DNA from: Chthonomonadales bacterium
GTDB lineage: Bacteria > Armatimonadota > Chthonomonadetes > Chthonomonadales > Chthonomonadaceae
Direction: 5' to 3'
Length of the DNA stretch: 56,415 bases
NCBI GenBank assembly: GCA_038217285.1
Contig: JBBQPO010000003.1
Span: 1-56,415 of the forward strand
Each line of letters opens with the position of its first letter. Positions within the stretch are counted from its first letter, which is position 1. The notes beneath the pieces are model-generated. The model had not been told where the DNA came from. It did no database searches and saw only the letters and a list, made by a program, of their open reading frames with translations. This document shows, one piece after another, positions 1 to 9,897 of this stretch. Both the position numbers and the translations under genes were made by a program.

Positions 1-475
1 CCTCCGCCGCCATGAGCAGCGGCGTCTCTCGGCTCTGCAGGACACCCCAGCGAAACTCCGCGCCTGCCGCCTGCGCCCGCCGCGCCAGCACGATCAAGGC
101 AGCCAGATGCGCGAGGCGCGGGGAGCCGAGCTGATTGGGGCCGGCGTCGAACAGCGCGACGGAGAGACGGGAACCTGCAGGTTCCCGCCGCGCCACCTGA
201 TAGAAGGCATGCTCACCCATGATGGCGCGGCGAATAAACTCGTCGGGCATCTCGTCGGCCAGCAGCCACTCCGTGAGGAGCAGACGTTCGTAGCTGCCGC
301 GCCGGGTCAGGCCGTCGAAGCCATCGGGCTCTCCCTGGCCCGTCTCGCTCCGCACGTGCAGCGGCCCCACGGCGCGATCCAGGCGCTGCAGCATCGATCC
401 AAAGCTCTGCACGACCTCTCTGGGAAACAGTTCCAGCCAGACCGACCAGGGCATAAGGGCGCGTGGCAGTTCCAT
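1..475 (-). CDS. Partial (runs off the left edge) vWA-associated component of a MoxR-vWA ternary conflict-type system
   Basis: Not in the ORF track. Manual translation from ATG 475 gives MELPRALMPWSVWLELFP...DGFDGLTRRGSYERLLLTEWLLADEMPDEFIRRAIMGEHAFY...VALFDAGPNQLGSPRLAHLAALIVLARRA, open to the edge. The ATG overlaps the upstream stop (TAATG). Confidence 0.7.
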   Translation of the reverse strand, partial: MELPRALMPWSVWLELFPREVVQSFGSMLQRLDRAVGPLHVRSETGQGEPDGFDGLTRRGSYERLLLTEWLLADEMPDEFIRRAIMGEHAFYQVARREPAGSRLSVALFDAGPNQLGSPRLAHLAALIVLARRAQAAGAEFRWGVLQSRETPLLMAAE

Positions 476-909
476 TATTGGCCCTCCAACCAGGCCTGCA
501 GGCGTGCGCGCGCCACCGTTCTTGCTCCGGCCATCGAGACGACTTGGAGTGTTCCCGGCAGCACGGCAAGCGGGGGCGCAACCGTGGGAAACTGTGCCCG
601 CAGCGCCCGCTCCAGCAACGCCACCGGAAAGTCGGGGCGCAGGGCGGTCGGGAGCAGCAGCGCGGGAGCCTCCGCGTCCTGCCCCATATAGATCACTCCC
701 TCCGCCCACGGCAGCATCGCCATGTCGCCTCTTATAAGCAATATTCCCCACTCCGCCACGCCCTGCAACTGCTCCAACTCCGCCTCGCCGTACTCCAGCA
801 GGCGGCGCGCCAGCCGTTGCGCCGCCTCTCCGTGCGCTGCCACCGCGCACGGGAGGAGAGGGCGCTCTCGGGGAAACCAGTGGAGAAGGGTTGTGAATTC
901 CTGTGGCAT
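475..909 (-). CDS. Small accessory protein of the MoxR system (resembles the bpX5 domain)
   Basis: 144 aa with WFPRERPL...LARRLL...LPWAEGVIYMG.D..AP.LLLPT; lies between MoxR and the coupled downstream gene. Family match is from recall. Confidence 0.6.
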   Translation of the reverse strand: MPQEFTTLLHWFPRERPLLPCAVAAHGEAAQRLARRLLEYGEAELEQLQGVAEWGILLIRGDMAMLPWAEGVIYMGQDAEAPALLLPTALRPDFPVALLERALRAQFPTVAPPLAVLPGTLQVVSMAGARTVARARLQAWLEGQ

Positions 910-933
910 CCGGTCTTTCTATTTCGAGAGTGT

Positions 934-2088
934 TCAGGAGGCGGGAGAGAGAATATGGGCGATCTCTGTGCGGACAGCGGCGAGGTCGGGCGGGAGCGAT
1001 TCGGGCACGAAACCGGCGTCTATCTCTCGGACGATGCCTTCAAGTTTTAAGCGCCAGACAGCAAGGGGGCCGACTTCAGGCGTTTCCGGGCGGTCGGCGA
1101 GGGTCTGGCGTCCAGCCGTGGCGAGGCGGGCGGCGCGGGCCAGCGGACCAAGCGAAGCCTCCTCGGCGGCGGCGCGGAGCGTTGTGTTTTCGGTGGTCGT
1201 GAGCAGATCGCGCAAGCTCTCCCGGCCCAAGGCCTGCTCCTCCGCCGTCGGGAGGGCGAGAATCAGAGGCCAGAGATCGGCTTCGGTCGGGCGGTCTCGA
1301 CCGGCCAGCGTGGCAGCGGCGGCGATCAGGCGCTGGACGCGCACGGCACGGCGATCCGTCAGCAGGATTCCGGCAGCACGGAGAGTGCGCAGGGCGTGCG
1401 CCAGAAACGGCCGCACTCCCCCCAGATCGGCCTGTCGAGAGGCGTTCGCCAGGAGGTCCATGTCGGCGATGGAGGCGCGCCGGCCATCGGCCTGCGTCGC
1501 GAGCGACCAGCCGCCTTCCAGCAGGTCTTCCAGGCGTGGGCTTGGGATCGGCTCGACAAAGGCGCGGAGCAGGAAGCGGTCGGCGAAGGCTGCTAGAGCG
1601 GGATCTTCCGGAAGCGCGTTGGAGGCGCCCACACAGACCCGCAGCGGCACCTGTCGCACCGTATGACCGCGCCGAAAGACGCGCTCGTTCAGCAGGCCGA
1701 GCAGGGTGTTCAGGATGGCGCTGGAGCCAAGAAAGACCTCATCGAGAAAGGCGATCTCGGCCTCCGGCAGCATGCCCGCCGTCTCCGTCTCGACAACGCC
1801 CTCGCGCAGACGGCGCAGGTCGATCGGGCCAAAGATCTCGCTCGGCTCCGTGAAACGGCCCAGCAGATACTCGAAGTAGTTGCCGCCGACGGCGCGCGCC
1901 ACACGCCGCACCGCTTCGCTCTTGGCCGTACCCGGCGGGCCGATGACCAGCAGATGCTCTCCCGCGACCGCCGCCAGCGCAATGGTCTCTACTAAAGCCT
2001 CACGCTCGATCAGGCCTCGCCCCGCATCTGTCAGGGCAAGGCGCAGCGTCTCTGCCGCGCCCTGCCAGGGCCTCTCTTCCATTGTCAT
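934..2088 (-). CDS. MoxR/RavA-type AAA+ ATPase
   Basis: Walker A GPPGTAKS, YFEYLLGRFTEPSEIFGP, Walker B IAFLDE, SAILNTLL, GASN, DRF. Confidence 0.9.
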   Translation of the reverse strand: MTMEERPWQGAAETLRLALTDAGRGLIEREALVETIALAAVAGEHLLVIGPPGTAKSEAVRRVARAVGGNYFEYLLGRFTEPSEIFGPIDLRRLREGVVETETAGMLPEAEIAFLDEVFLGSSAILNTLLGLLNERVFRRGHTVRQVPLRVCVGASNALPEDPALAAFADRFLLRAFVEPIPSPRLEDLLEGGWSLATQADGRRASIADMDLLANASRQADLGGVRPFLAHALRTLRAAGILLTDRRAVRVQRLIAAAATLAGRDRPTEADLWPLILALPTAEEQALGRESLRDLLTTTENTTLRAAAEEASLGPLARAARLATAGRQTLADRPETPEVGPLAVWRLKLEGIVREIDAGFVPESLPPDLAAVRTEIAHILSPAS

Positions 2089-2168
2089 GCTTCGAGAATT
2101 TCCTTTCCGTGCACCGCTCTACCGGTTCCTCCGACGGTTCAGCGCCGGGAAGGAAGGTCCAGGGCATG

Positions 2169-3587
2169 TTAACCCCAGCGGGAGTGGAAGACGCCGGGTT
2201 TGTCTACGCGCTCGTAGGTGTGCGCGCCGAAGAGGTCGCGCTGCGCCTGAATCAGATTGGCGGGCAGGCGCTCGCGGCGGTAGCCGTCGTAGTAGGCGAG
2301 CGAGGAGGCGAACGCCGGGACAGGGATGCCGAGATAGGCGGCTTCGGCGACGACCTTGCGCCAGCCCTCCTGCCCGTTTCGCACCGCTTCTGTGAAGTAA
2401 GGCGCGAGCAGAAGGTTCTGCAGGGTGGGGTTGCTGGTATAGGCTTCCTGGATACGGTTGAGGAAGCGGGCGCGGATGATGCAGCCGCCGCGCCAGATGG
2501 TCGCGATCTCACCGGGATGCAGCGTCCAGTCGAACTCCCTGGCCGCCGCCAGCATCTGGTCGAAGCCCTGGGCGTAGGCCACCACTTTCGAGGCGTAGAG
2601 CGCGTCCCGAATGGAGTTGACAAAGGCAGCCTTGTCTCCGGAGTAGATTCCCGACGGCCCCGGCAGCACCTTGGCCGCGACGACCCGCTGCTCCTTTAGC
2701 GAAGAGAGCATCCGGGCGAAGACAGCCTCCGTAATCGCAGTCACCGGCACGCCGAGATCTAGCGAGGACTGTGAGGTCCACTTGCCGGTTCCTTTCTGCG
2801 CGGCCTTGTCCAATACCTTGTCCACCAGGTAGTCGCCCGTGTCCGGGTCTTTGGTCCGGAAGATCGCCGCAGTGATCTCGATCAAGAAGGAGTCGAGATC
2901 GCCCTGGTTCCACTCCGTGAAGACCTGGCCGATCTCCGCATTGTTCAGTCCGACCGCGTTTTTGAGCAGGTCGTAGGCTTCCGCGATCAACTGCATGTCG
3001 GCGTACTCGATGCCATTGTGTACCATTTTCACGTAGTGGCCCGCGCCACCTTCGCCGATATGGGTGCAGCAGGGGACGCCGTCCACCTGGGCCGCGATCT
3101 TCGTGAAGATGGGCGCGACGATCTCATACGCCTCTTTCGAACCGCCCGGCATGATGCTTGGCCCGTTCAAAGCGCCCTCTTCCCCACCGGAAACGCCTGT
3201 GCCTATGAAGCGAAAACCCTCGGCTTCCAGGGCTTTGCTGCGGCGCTCGGTGTCTGTGAAGAGCGAGTTGCCGCCGTCGATCAGCAGATCGCCCTGGTTC
3301 AGGTGCGGTTTCAGCTCCGCGATCACGTCGTCCACCGGCTGTCCGGCCTTCACCATGATCATGATGGCGCGTGGTGATTCCAGCGCCGCCACGAACGAGG
3401 CGATATCGGTCGAACCGGTGAAGGCGCCCTCGCCTCCATGTTCGCGCATAAAGTCCGTGGTCTTCTCCGTCGTGCGGTTATGCACGGCGATAGGAAAACC
3501 CTTATGCGCCACGTTGCGCGCAAGATTCTGACCCATGACCGCCAGGCCGGTCAGCCCAAAGTGCGGCTTATCCATTATCTCTTTCAA
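2169..3587 (-). CDS. gndA: 6-phosphogluconate dehydrogenase, decarboxylating
   Basis: [65 protein letters not shown]; start may instead be ATG 3575. Confidence 0.97.
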   Translation of the reverse strand: MKEIMDKPHFGLTGLAVMGQNLARNVAHKGFPIAVHNRTTEKTTDFMREHGGEGAFTGSTDIASFVAALESPRAIMIMVKAGQPVDDVIAELKPHLNQGDLLIDGGNSLFTDTERRSKALEAEGFRFIGTGVSGGEEGALNGPSIMPGGSKEAYEIVAPIFTKIAAQVDGVPCCTHIGEGGAGHYVKMVHNGIEYADMQLIAEAYDLLKNAVGLNNAEIGQVFTEWNQGDLDSFLIEITAAIFRTKDPDTGDYLVDKVLDKAAQKGTGKWTSQSSLDLGVPVTAITEAVFARMLSSLKEQRVVAAKVLPGPSGIYSGDKAAFVNSIRDALYASKVVAYAQGFDQMLAAAREFDWTLHPGEIATIWRGGCIIRARFLNRIQEAYTSNPTLQNLLLAPYFTEAVRNGQEGWRKVVAEAAYLGIPVPAFASSLAYYDGYRRERLPANLIQAQRDLFGAHTYERVDKPGVFHSRWG

Positions 3588-3592
3588 TCCTC

Positions 3593-3624
3593 TCTAGTCT
3601 ACTTCTTGTCTAGTCTACTTCTTG
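3593..3624. repeat. 16-bp perfect tandem duplication TCTAGTCTACTTCTTG x2
   Basis: Copies at 3593-3608 and 3609-3624; the second contains the ferredoxin stop codon. Confidence 0.85.
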
Positions 3625-3848
3625 AAGAAATCCGCATTGATCTGAATGAACTTCTGCTTCTTTTCCGGTAGATCTTCCGCCTTGATGATCGCGTCCATCG
3701 GGCAGACATCCAGGCACTCATAACAGTCTTCGCAGCGTGCGGGATCGATGTAGGCCATCTCATCGTCCGCGTGAATCGCATCCATGGGGCAAACATTCGT
3801 CGTACATTTCAGGGACAAAATGCAGGTGCCTGTCACTACCGTCGCCAT
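3615..3848 (-). CDS. Ferredoxin, probably 7Fe ([3Fe-4S]+[4Fe-4S]) type
   Basis: CILSLKCTTNVCP and CEDCYECLDVCP (7 Cys) with an FdxA-like C-terminal tail EDLPEK...FIQINADFF. Confidence 0.88.
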   Translation of the reverse strand: MATVVTGTCILSLKCTTNVCPMDAIHADDEMAYIDPARCEDCYECLDVCPMDAIIKAEDLPEKKQKFIQINADFFKK

Positions 3849-3951
3849 GAAACCGCCCCTCCTCTCGTTCGTTGTGCGCGGAAGACTATTGGTATTCGCC
3901 GGTCATAATTCCTGCCCGGTTCGCGGTAAAAAATGTCTCCGCTGACTTTTT

Positions 3952-5289
3952 CTAGGGAAGCTGCCGCTCCGGCCAGGAGAAATTCCAGTCCCCCAGATAG
4001 ACATTTTGTTTGTTGCCGGTCGCATTGTTGTCGATCTGATAAGCCACGACGAGCGTATTCAGGTTGTTGGAATCGGTCGTGCCGGGGTGGGACTCGTTGA
4101 TGGGAAAAGTGACCCCGTCCGAAACGAAAGTCGTATAGGTGATCTGGTTGTTTTGAAGCGTTCCGTAGAGCATGAAGGTATGCCAGGCATTGGACGCCAG
4201 GTTCTGCACGAAGCCGTAAAGCTGTCCGTTTACCCGTTTGTCCCGCCAGGAACCGTCGTTCGATCCGCCCCAGACCCGCCAGCGAAAGCCGGCGCCGTCG
4301 CTGTTGGGGAGGTACTGCATCGCGGCCTCCAGGCGTGTGCCGCCCTGATACTTCGAGAAGGGAAACTCGTAGGCCTGCGCGACAGGGCCGCTCGGAGCGA
4401 AGTATTTCCAGGAACAGGTGTAGACGAAATAGGTGTTGACGACCTGCGGCAGGTACTGAAAATAGTAGGCGTTGGTGTAAGGATCGGACGAGTTGATCTG
4501 GAAATTGAACAGGTTGCCGTCCCCGCTAGGGATCGTCGGATCGGAGACGTAGGCAGGCGCCTGAACACTGATCCTGTGACCGGCCGGCTCGGTATAAAGC
4601 TGCCAGTTCCCCAGCGGGTCGTCGTCGAGACTGTTGTGCCCGCCGCCTGCCTGGTAGTTGAAGTTGTCCAGAACCGTGCCCGTCGAGGTCGAAATACCCG
4701 TCGCGTAGACCTTGTCCTCCATGTGGAAGGTCATATTAAGAGGTGTGCTGCCGAAGGGGTTCGTCAGGCCAGCGACTGCCGTCCAGGTCACGGCGTCCGC
4801 CGAAACCTCGTAAGAGAGCGTGCCCTGCGACTCGCGAAAGGCGAAATAGAGATCCGCCGTAGGGACGTAGCTGGTCGATCCGACGAAGTGGTAGACGCCG
4901 TTCACATAGTAGCCGCAGACGATGTTGGATCCACCCGGTGTGTCGTCGATCTTCATCTCCAGTGAACTGCCCGTGGCGGGCGTAAACGCATCGTAAAAGA
5001 AAACGCTCTTTCCGCCGACGCCGGAGTGGGAAACGACCTGGATCGATTGGCGCGAACCGGTAAGCGGATAGGCGCTAATTGTATCCGCATAGCACTGCGT
5101 AACGGTGTTCGCCGGAATCGTCAGATGCAACTGCCCTCCGGTCACGGCAGCGCCGCTGTGAAGCGCCCAGTTCGCGGCGTTGTCGAACTTGTCATAGAGG
5201 CGAATCGCTGCGCGACTGCGCCCCGTTGCGCCGAACAGGCAGAGGGCGGCGGCGACGAATGCGAACCAGTTCCCTGATTTTCTCACCAT
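3952..5289 (-). CDS. Secreted beta-sandwich (LamG/concanavalin-like?) hypothetical protein
   Basis: Signal peptide MVRKSGNWFAFVAAALCLFGATGRSRA from ATG 5289; rich in Thr/Ser/Asn/Tyr, apparently two beta-rich domains. Fold is a guess. Confidence 0.6.
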   Translation of the reverse strand: MVRKSGNWFAFVAAALCLFGATGRSRAAIRLYDKFDNAANWALHSGAAVTGGQLHLTIPANTVTQCYADTISAYPLTGSRQSIQVVSHSGVGGKSVFFYDAFTPATGSSLEMKIDDTPGGSNIVCGYYVNGVYHFVGSTSYVPTADLYFAFRESQGTLSYEVSADAVTWTAVAGLTNPFGSTPLNMTFHMEDKVYATGISTSTGTVLDNFNYQAGGGHNSLDDDPLGNWQLYTEPAGHRISVQAPAYVSDPTIPSGDGNLFNFQINSSDPYTNAYYFQYLPQVVNTYFVYTCSWKYFAPSGPVAQAYEFPFSKYQGGTRLEAAMQYLPNSDGAGFRWRVWGGSNDGSWRDKRVNGQLYGFVQNLASNAWHTFMLYGTLQNNQITYTTFVSDGVTFPINESHPGTTDSNNLNTLVVAYQIDNNATGNKQNVYLGDWNFSWPERQLP

Positions 5290-5516
5290 GAAATCCTTCC
5301 CGACAGCGCACGACTCTGCGTTGAGGTCGTACCTGATCCACAGGACACCTGCGTCATTGCGATATAGAAATGCCCTGACCTGATTTGCAGTATAGAGAAG
5401 GGAACCTTCTTTGTCAAGGCCGTCCTGTGCGGCAGCGGCGTTCCGCGCTGCCACACAGGACCATGACGGAAATTTGGACAGCGAAAGACTATTTTTTAAG
5501 GCAGATAGCGCCTTGA

Positions 5517-5544
5517 TGAACTTTCGTGGCTATGAATACGTCTG
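5517..5544 (+). promoter_or_regulatory. Putative ECF-sigma promoter upstream of the sigma gene (autoregulatory)
   Basis: TGAAC-N17-CGTCTG, equivalent to GAACTT-N16-GTCTG. Confidence 0.6.
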
Positions 5545-5631
5545 CGGATTCAGGTGTTGTAGAGGAGAGGCTAGCCGGACCGCAAGCGTGTCGCGTCTAC
5601 AGCGTCTCTTCAGAAGGCGACTCGTGACGAC

Positions 5632-5658
5632 TGAACAAAACGCCGTCCCGGACGTCAT
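5632..5658 (+). promoter_or_regulatory. Second possible ECF promoter before the sigma gene
   Basis: TGAAC-N16-CGTCAT, about 40 nt before the ORF start. Confidence 0.4.
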
Positions 5659-5696
5659 TACGGATACCAGAACCGTATTTAACCGGAGTCAACCTT

Positions 5697-6302
5697 ATGT
5701 TCGCCATGGGGAATATCATGCACGCTGACACCGCGCTCGTGCAACGCGCTCAGGCCAACGACCGGGCCGCTTTCAATGAGATCGTGTTGCGCTATAAGAG
5801 CAAAGTGTACAACTATGTTTTTCGAATGGTTCACCATGCGCTGGATGCGGAAGACCTGACGCAGGAGACATTTCTTCGCGCCTATCTCAGCATCCGCTCG
5901 TTCCAGAGCCGTGCCAGCCTCAACACCTGGCTGTTCCGCATCGCGACCAATCTGTGTATCGACTACAGTCGCAAAAACAGCAAGGCGCAGTCCCTGACCT
6001 CCTCACTCTCCATGGAAGGCGACGGAGACGAGGGCGAGACGGAGCGCGATATTCCCGATGTGGCGTTCGATCCGCAGCGGATGCTGCTGAACAAAGAGCT
6101 AGGCCTTATGTTGAACAGGGCGCTTAGCGAGTTGCCGGAGAAGCTGCGCACCGTAGTGCTGCTTTACGACATCGAGGGACTGCCCTACGACGAGATCTCT
6201 GCGATCGTCGGCTGCCCTCTCGGTACGGTAAAGTCGCGGCTGTTCAATGCCCGCAGCGCTCTGCGAGAAAAACTGGCTCCGTACTTGAGTGGGGTCGTCT
6301 GA
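5697..6302 (+). CDS. ECF RNA polymerase sigma factor (RpoE/SigW-like)
   Basis: Region 2 DAEDLTQETFLRAY...TWLFRIATN and region 4 LYDIEGLPYDEISAIVGCPLGTVKSRLFNAR. Confidence 0.95.
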   Translation: MFAMGNIMHADTALVQRAQANDRAAFNEIVLRYKSKVYNYVFRMVHHALDAEDLTQETFLRAYLSIRSFQSRASLNTWLFRIATNLCIDYSRKNSKAQSLTSSLSMEGDGDEGETERDIPDVAFDPQRMLLNKELGLMLNRALSELPEKLRTVVLLYDIEGLPYDEISAIVGCPLGTVKSRLFNARSALREKLAPYLSGVV

Positions 6303-6410
6303 AGCGCCGTATGATATCGAACGAACGTTTCCGGGTAATGAGAAACGATCAGGTATTCTGAAGAGTGATGTAATGTCGCCGACTGGTGTTGGCAGGATCG
6401 GATTGAGATC

Positions 6411-7004
6411 ATGTCTTTTCAATTTAACAATGACAATGCAGAGTGTCGTTCGGTAGAGCCGAAGCTCTCCGACTATATAGAGAATGCGCTTTCGGCGCGA
6501 GAAGTCTGGGAAGTCGAAAAGCATCTGACCGCCTGTGAGGAGTGTACCCAGTTGTCTCAGCAGATGCAGGCGACCGTGCAGGTTCTGCGCAGCGCGGACC
6601 GGTACGATACCGCCGACGACTTCATGGCGAAACTCCATGCACGGCTCGACCTTGTCGAGCCGGAGCCGGTACGCGGATGGTCGGTGCGGGATATGGTGCA
6701 GAACTGGCGGGTCAGTCTCCAGGCTGGTATGCGTACCTGGCATGTCCCGGCGCTGACTGTCGGGTTTGCCGCCGCTGCGCTGGTGTTGCTGGTAAATGGC
6801 AACATGCGGGTGGCCCCCGCGAAGGAGGTCTCTCCGCCTACCGTTGCCGGGACCACCGCAGGGGAGGATCTCTCGCGGCAGGTGGCGTTCGCCGCTTCCA
6901 ATCCGTTTGATGATCCGGTTGCGGCGAAGGCGGAAGTGGATGGCGCGAACGGCGCCGGCAGTGAAAACCACACGGACAGCAGTGCCTCGACGGCGAATTT
7001 ATGA
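6411..7004 (+). CDS. Zinc-binding membrane anti-sigma factor (zf-HC2)
   Basis: LSDYIENALS...VEKHLTACEEC (HxxxCxxC), one TM segment, directly after the ECF sigma. Confidence 0.9.
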   Translation: MSFQFNNDNAECRSVEPKLSDYIENALSAREVWEVEKHLTACEECTQLSQQMQATVQVLRSADRYDTADDFMAKLHARLDLVEPEPVRGWSVRDMVQNWRVSLQAGMRTWHVPALTVGFAAAALVLLVNGNMRVAPAKEVSPPTVAGTTAGEDLSRQVAFAASNPFDDPVAAKAEVDGANGAGSENHTDSSASTANL

Positions 7005-7029
7005 TGTCGTCCGGCGGACGGCCGGGCCG

Positions 7030-8328
7030 ATGTGGACGGTTAAAATCCACATCGCAACGATGCAAAGACCGATGAAACAACCTATGAGGCAAACCAACTG
7101 GAAAAATTCTGAGGGTGGGCGTACGCGCCTGCCCTCGTTGTTCACTATCCCCGCCGGATATGGGCGTTCGCTTCGGGTGGCTTCGCTCGTCGCGCTCTCT
7201 CTTCTGGTCGGTGGGAGCGTGATTGGGCAGGGGCGCAGGCGTCAACAACACCCGCCTGTCACACGCCGTATTCAGAGCGTCCCACCGCGAAATCCGGCAG
7301 CCAGACCACCGAATCCTGTTCCGCACCCAGAGGCTCCACGGGCGGGGGGCGTTCAAAAAGGCTTTCTTCCGCCCCGGCAGGCGCCGCGTCCGCCGCTCGA
7401 CAAAGTCGCGATGGAACTGCTTCGCAAGATGATCCGCCCGACCTCGGAGTATGTCGGTGAGATGGTCACGCAGGTGTCGGCGCAGAACAATTTCCCCCTT
7501 CAGCAGACGATCAAAGGAGATAAGCGGGGGCGGACTCTGGTGACCTTCCTCAACGGCAAACTGGCGGGCGACATCCTGTTGGTGAGTCCCGGCGAGGTCC
7601 GCAACTATCATTCCAGCACCGGGATCATGGATGTGGCTTTCTGGCCTACCGAATGGGATGATCACGAGAAGCGGATGTTCACCGCCATTCGCAGCGGCTT
7701 CTATTCGGCTCGGGTGATGGGAACAGAGCAGGTGGCGGGCCGGCAGGCGTCTATCGTGGAGCTGCTCCCCGTAGCAGGCGTTGGGGAAGCAGGCCGACCG
7801 GGCTTCAAGTTCTGGATCGATGACGAAACCGGAGTTCAGCTCAAAAACGAGAAAGCGGACGCGATGGGACGGGTTCTCTCCCACCGCTACTTGACCAGCG
7901 TGACCATCGGGCCGAACGTCCTGGGGCCGCAGGATTTCAATCTGGCGTACCTGCGACAGGCTCAGGTTCGCCCGCTCTTTCCACCCAACTCGCAGTACCG
8001 CTCTCTGGAGCAGGCGCAGGGACGCCTGCCCTTCGCACCGCTCGTTCCGACCAGTCTGCCGACCGGGTTTCATCTGGGGGGCGTCTGGGTGTTTCCGGGC
8101 GGCAACAGTCAGTTGCTGTTCGTTCTGCTGCGCTACACAGATGATGTCACCAGCTTCAGTCTCTACGAGCGTATCGTTCCCAATCTGGCCAATCCACCCC
8201 AACCGCCGAGGTTCAATCGGCATATCGAACGCTGGCGCGTCCTGACGCCGCGCGGCGAGATCGAGACGACATATACCGGCATGCTGACCGTCGATCAGGT
8301 ACATGACCTCTACTATTCGCTACGCTAA
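7030..8328 (+). CDS. MucB/RseB-like (LolA-fold) extracytoplasmic regulator
   Basis: TM/signal segment, Pro-rich linker, GTEQVAGRQA, FWIDDETGVQLK, and a C-terminal LVPTSLPTGF...LRYTDDVTSFSLYE domain; third gene of the triad; start uncertain (7030-7084). Confidence 0.75.
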   Translation: MWTVKIHIATMQRPMKQPMRQTNWKNSEGGRTRLPSLFTIPAGYGRSLRVASLVALSLLVGGSVIGQGRRRQQHPPVTRRIQSVPPRNPAARPPNPVPHPEAPRAGGVQKGFLPPRQAPRPPLDKVAMELLRKMIRPTSEYVGEMVTQVSAQNNFPLQQTIKGDKRGRTLVTFLNGKLAGDILLVSPGEVRNYHSSTGIMDVAFWPTEWDDHEKRMFTAIRSGFYSARVMGTEQVAGRQASIVELLPVAGVGEAGRPGFKFWIDDETGVQLKNEKADAMGRVLSHRYLTSVTIGPNVLGPQDFNLAYLRQAQVRPLFPPNSQYRSLEQAQGRLPFAPLVPTSLPTGFHLGGVWVFPGGNSQLLFVLLRYTDDVTSFSLYERIVPNLANPPQPPRFNRHIERWRVLTPRGEIETTYTGMLTVDQVHDLYYSLR

Positions 8329-8444
8329 ACGGCTAAACGGTGTCGTGGGTGCGGCGGGAGACGGTGAGTGATTTGCGCTGTGCCCGTATCCAGTCTGAGG
8401 CTGCCGCTGCGGTGCAAACGAGCCTCCTTCCGCTTTCGAGCAAC

Positions 8445-8473
8445 GAAACATATCCTCAGGCCCTTACGTCTAA
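8445..8473 (+). promoter_or_regulatory. Putative ECF-sigma promoter
   Basis: GAAAC-N17-CGTCTAA. Confidence 0.55.
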
Positions 8474-8474
8474 C

Positions 8475-8536
8475 AGAGTGAGGGCCGAATTTAACGTTGA
8501 GGTAGGAAACCTGGCCAATAGAGTGAGGGCCGAATT
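8475..8536. repeat. Direct repeat AGAGTGAGGGCCGAATT x2 (45-bp period)
   Basis: Identical 17-mers at 8475-8491 and 8520-8536. Confidence 0.85.
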
Positions 8537-8539
8537 ACC

Positions 8540-8568
8540 TTGACATCGCCCCGGTGCGGTTGTATACT
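8540..8568 (+). promoter_or_regulatory. Sigma70-type promoter for prfB
   Basis: TTGACA-N17-TATACT. Confidence 0.8.
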
Positions 8569-8660
8569 GAAGAAGAGAAATGTACGGAAAAGCGACCCTG
8601 CCGGGACTCTTATAAGAAGAGAAACGGCGGGAGAGGGCGCCTTTCAAGAGGGAAATTCAA

Positions 8661-9789
8661 TTGCTCGAAGATGTTCGCCGTGAAGCGCGTGATTTACGCG
8701 CCCGGCTGGTCGAGCTGGGAGGTCATCTTTGACCAGACCGGACGCCAGGAAGAGATAACGCAACTGGAGGCGCAGGCTGCGCAGCCCGACCTCTGGACCG
8801 ATTCTGCAAATGCACAGGTCGTCTTGCAGAGGCTAAGTAAGCTGCGCGAGGCCGTGGCGCCGTATATTGCCATCGAGCGTCGGCTGGACGACCTGGAAGC
8901 GATGTGCGAACTGCTCGCCGAATCCGGGGAGACGGACGAAGCGGCCGAACAGGAACAGCAGGAAGAGGCGCAGCGTATTGCTGTCGTACTGGATCGCCTG
9001 CAACTGGAGACGCTGCTCGGGGGCGAGCACGATTCCAACGACGCCATCGTCGAAATAAACGCGGGCGCGGGCGGGACCGATGCCTGCGACTGGGTGGCGA
9101 TGCTGCAGAAGATGTACCTGCGCTGGGCCGAAAACAACGGTTACCGGTGCGAGATACTCGAGGAGGCGGAAGCCGATATCGCCGGATTCAAAAGCACGAC
9201 CTTTCTCGTGCGCGGCAAGAACGCTTATGGCTACCTGCAGGCGGAAAAAGGCGTGCACCGACTGGTGCGGATCTCTCCCTTCGATGCCGCCAAACGCCGC
9301 CAGACCTCCTTCGCGCAGGTGGATGTTCTGCCCGATCTGGGAGAAGAGATCAGTGTCGCCATCGATCCGGACGATCTGCGTATCGACTACTACCGCTCCA
9401 GCGGCGCTGGCGGGCAGCATGTCAATAAAACCGACTCGGCGGTGCGTATCACCCATATCCCGACCAACACCGTGGTGACCTGCCAGAACGAGAGGTCCCA
9501 GCATAAGAACAAGGCGATGGCGCTGCATGTCCTGCAGGTGCGCCTCCTGGAGCGGGAAAAGCGGGAGAGCGAGGAGAAGCTGGCCGCTCTGCGGGGAGAA
9601 CGCAAGGATAACGAGTGGGGCAACCAGGACCGCTCCTATGTGTTCCAGCCCTACACGATGGTGAAAGATATGCGATCCGGCTACGAGACGGGTGATGTGA
9701 TCGGGATGATGAACGGCAACATCGGTCCTTTTCTGCAGGCTTTCCTTAATTGGCGGCAGACGAGACGGGTGCAGAGTGAGATTCGCTAG
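8661..9789 (+). CDS. prfB: Peptide chain release factor 2 (programmed +1 frameshift, about 375 aa)
   Basis: First frame from TTG 8661 reads MLEDVRREARDLRARLVELGGHL then CTT-TGA-C; the +1 frame carries the SPF and GGQ motifs. Confidence 0.96.
8717..8733 (+). promoter_or_regulatory. RF2 autoregulatory frameshift site
   Basis: Internal Shine-Dalgarno GGGAGG (8717-8722) followed by CTT TGA C (8727-8733). Confidence 0.95.
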
Positions 9790-9897
9790 AGGCTTCGCGT
9801 CTCTAATGAGATTTGATCGAGGTTCGCATAGGACGGGTCATCTCAGGATGCCGTCCGGCTTGTGCCCGTTGTCAGGGCAGAAAGAGATATAAAACCA

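Noticed and set aside
3593-3624. Tandem 16-mer as a regulatory or insertion signature
   Set aside because: Simplest explanation is a local slippage duplication at the ferredoxin stop with no coding effect
8475-8536. Possible mini-CRISPR
   Set aside because: Only two 17-bp repeats, too short, and no cas genes in the window
8554-8730. ORF-track N-terminus of RF2 (MRLYTEE...)
   Set aside because: The real start is TTG 8661 in another frame, joined by the CTT-TGA frameshift; this is neither a pseudogene nor an extension
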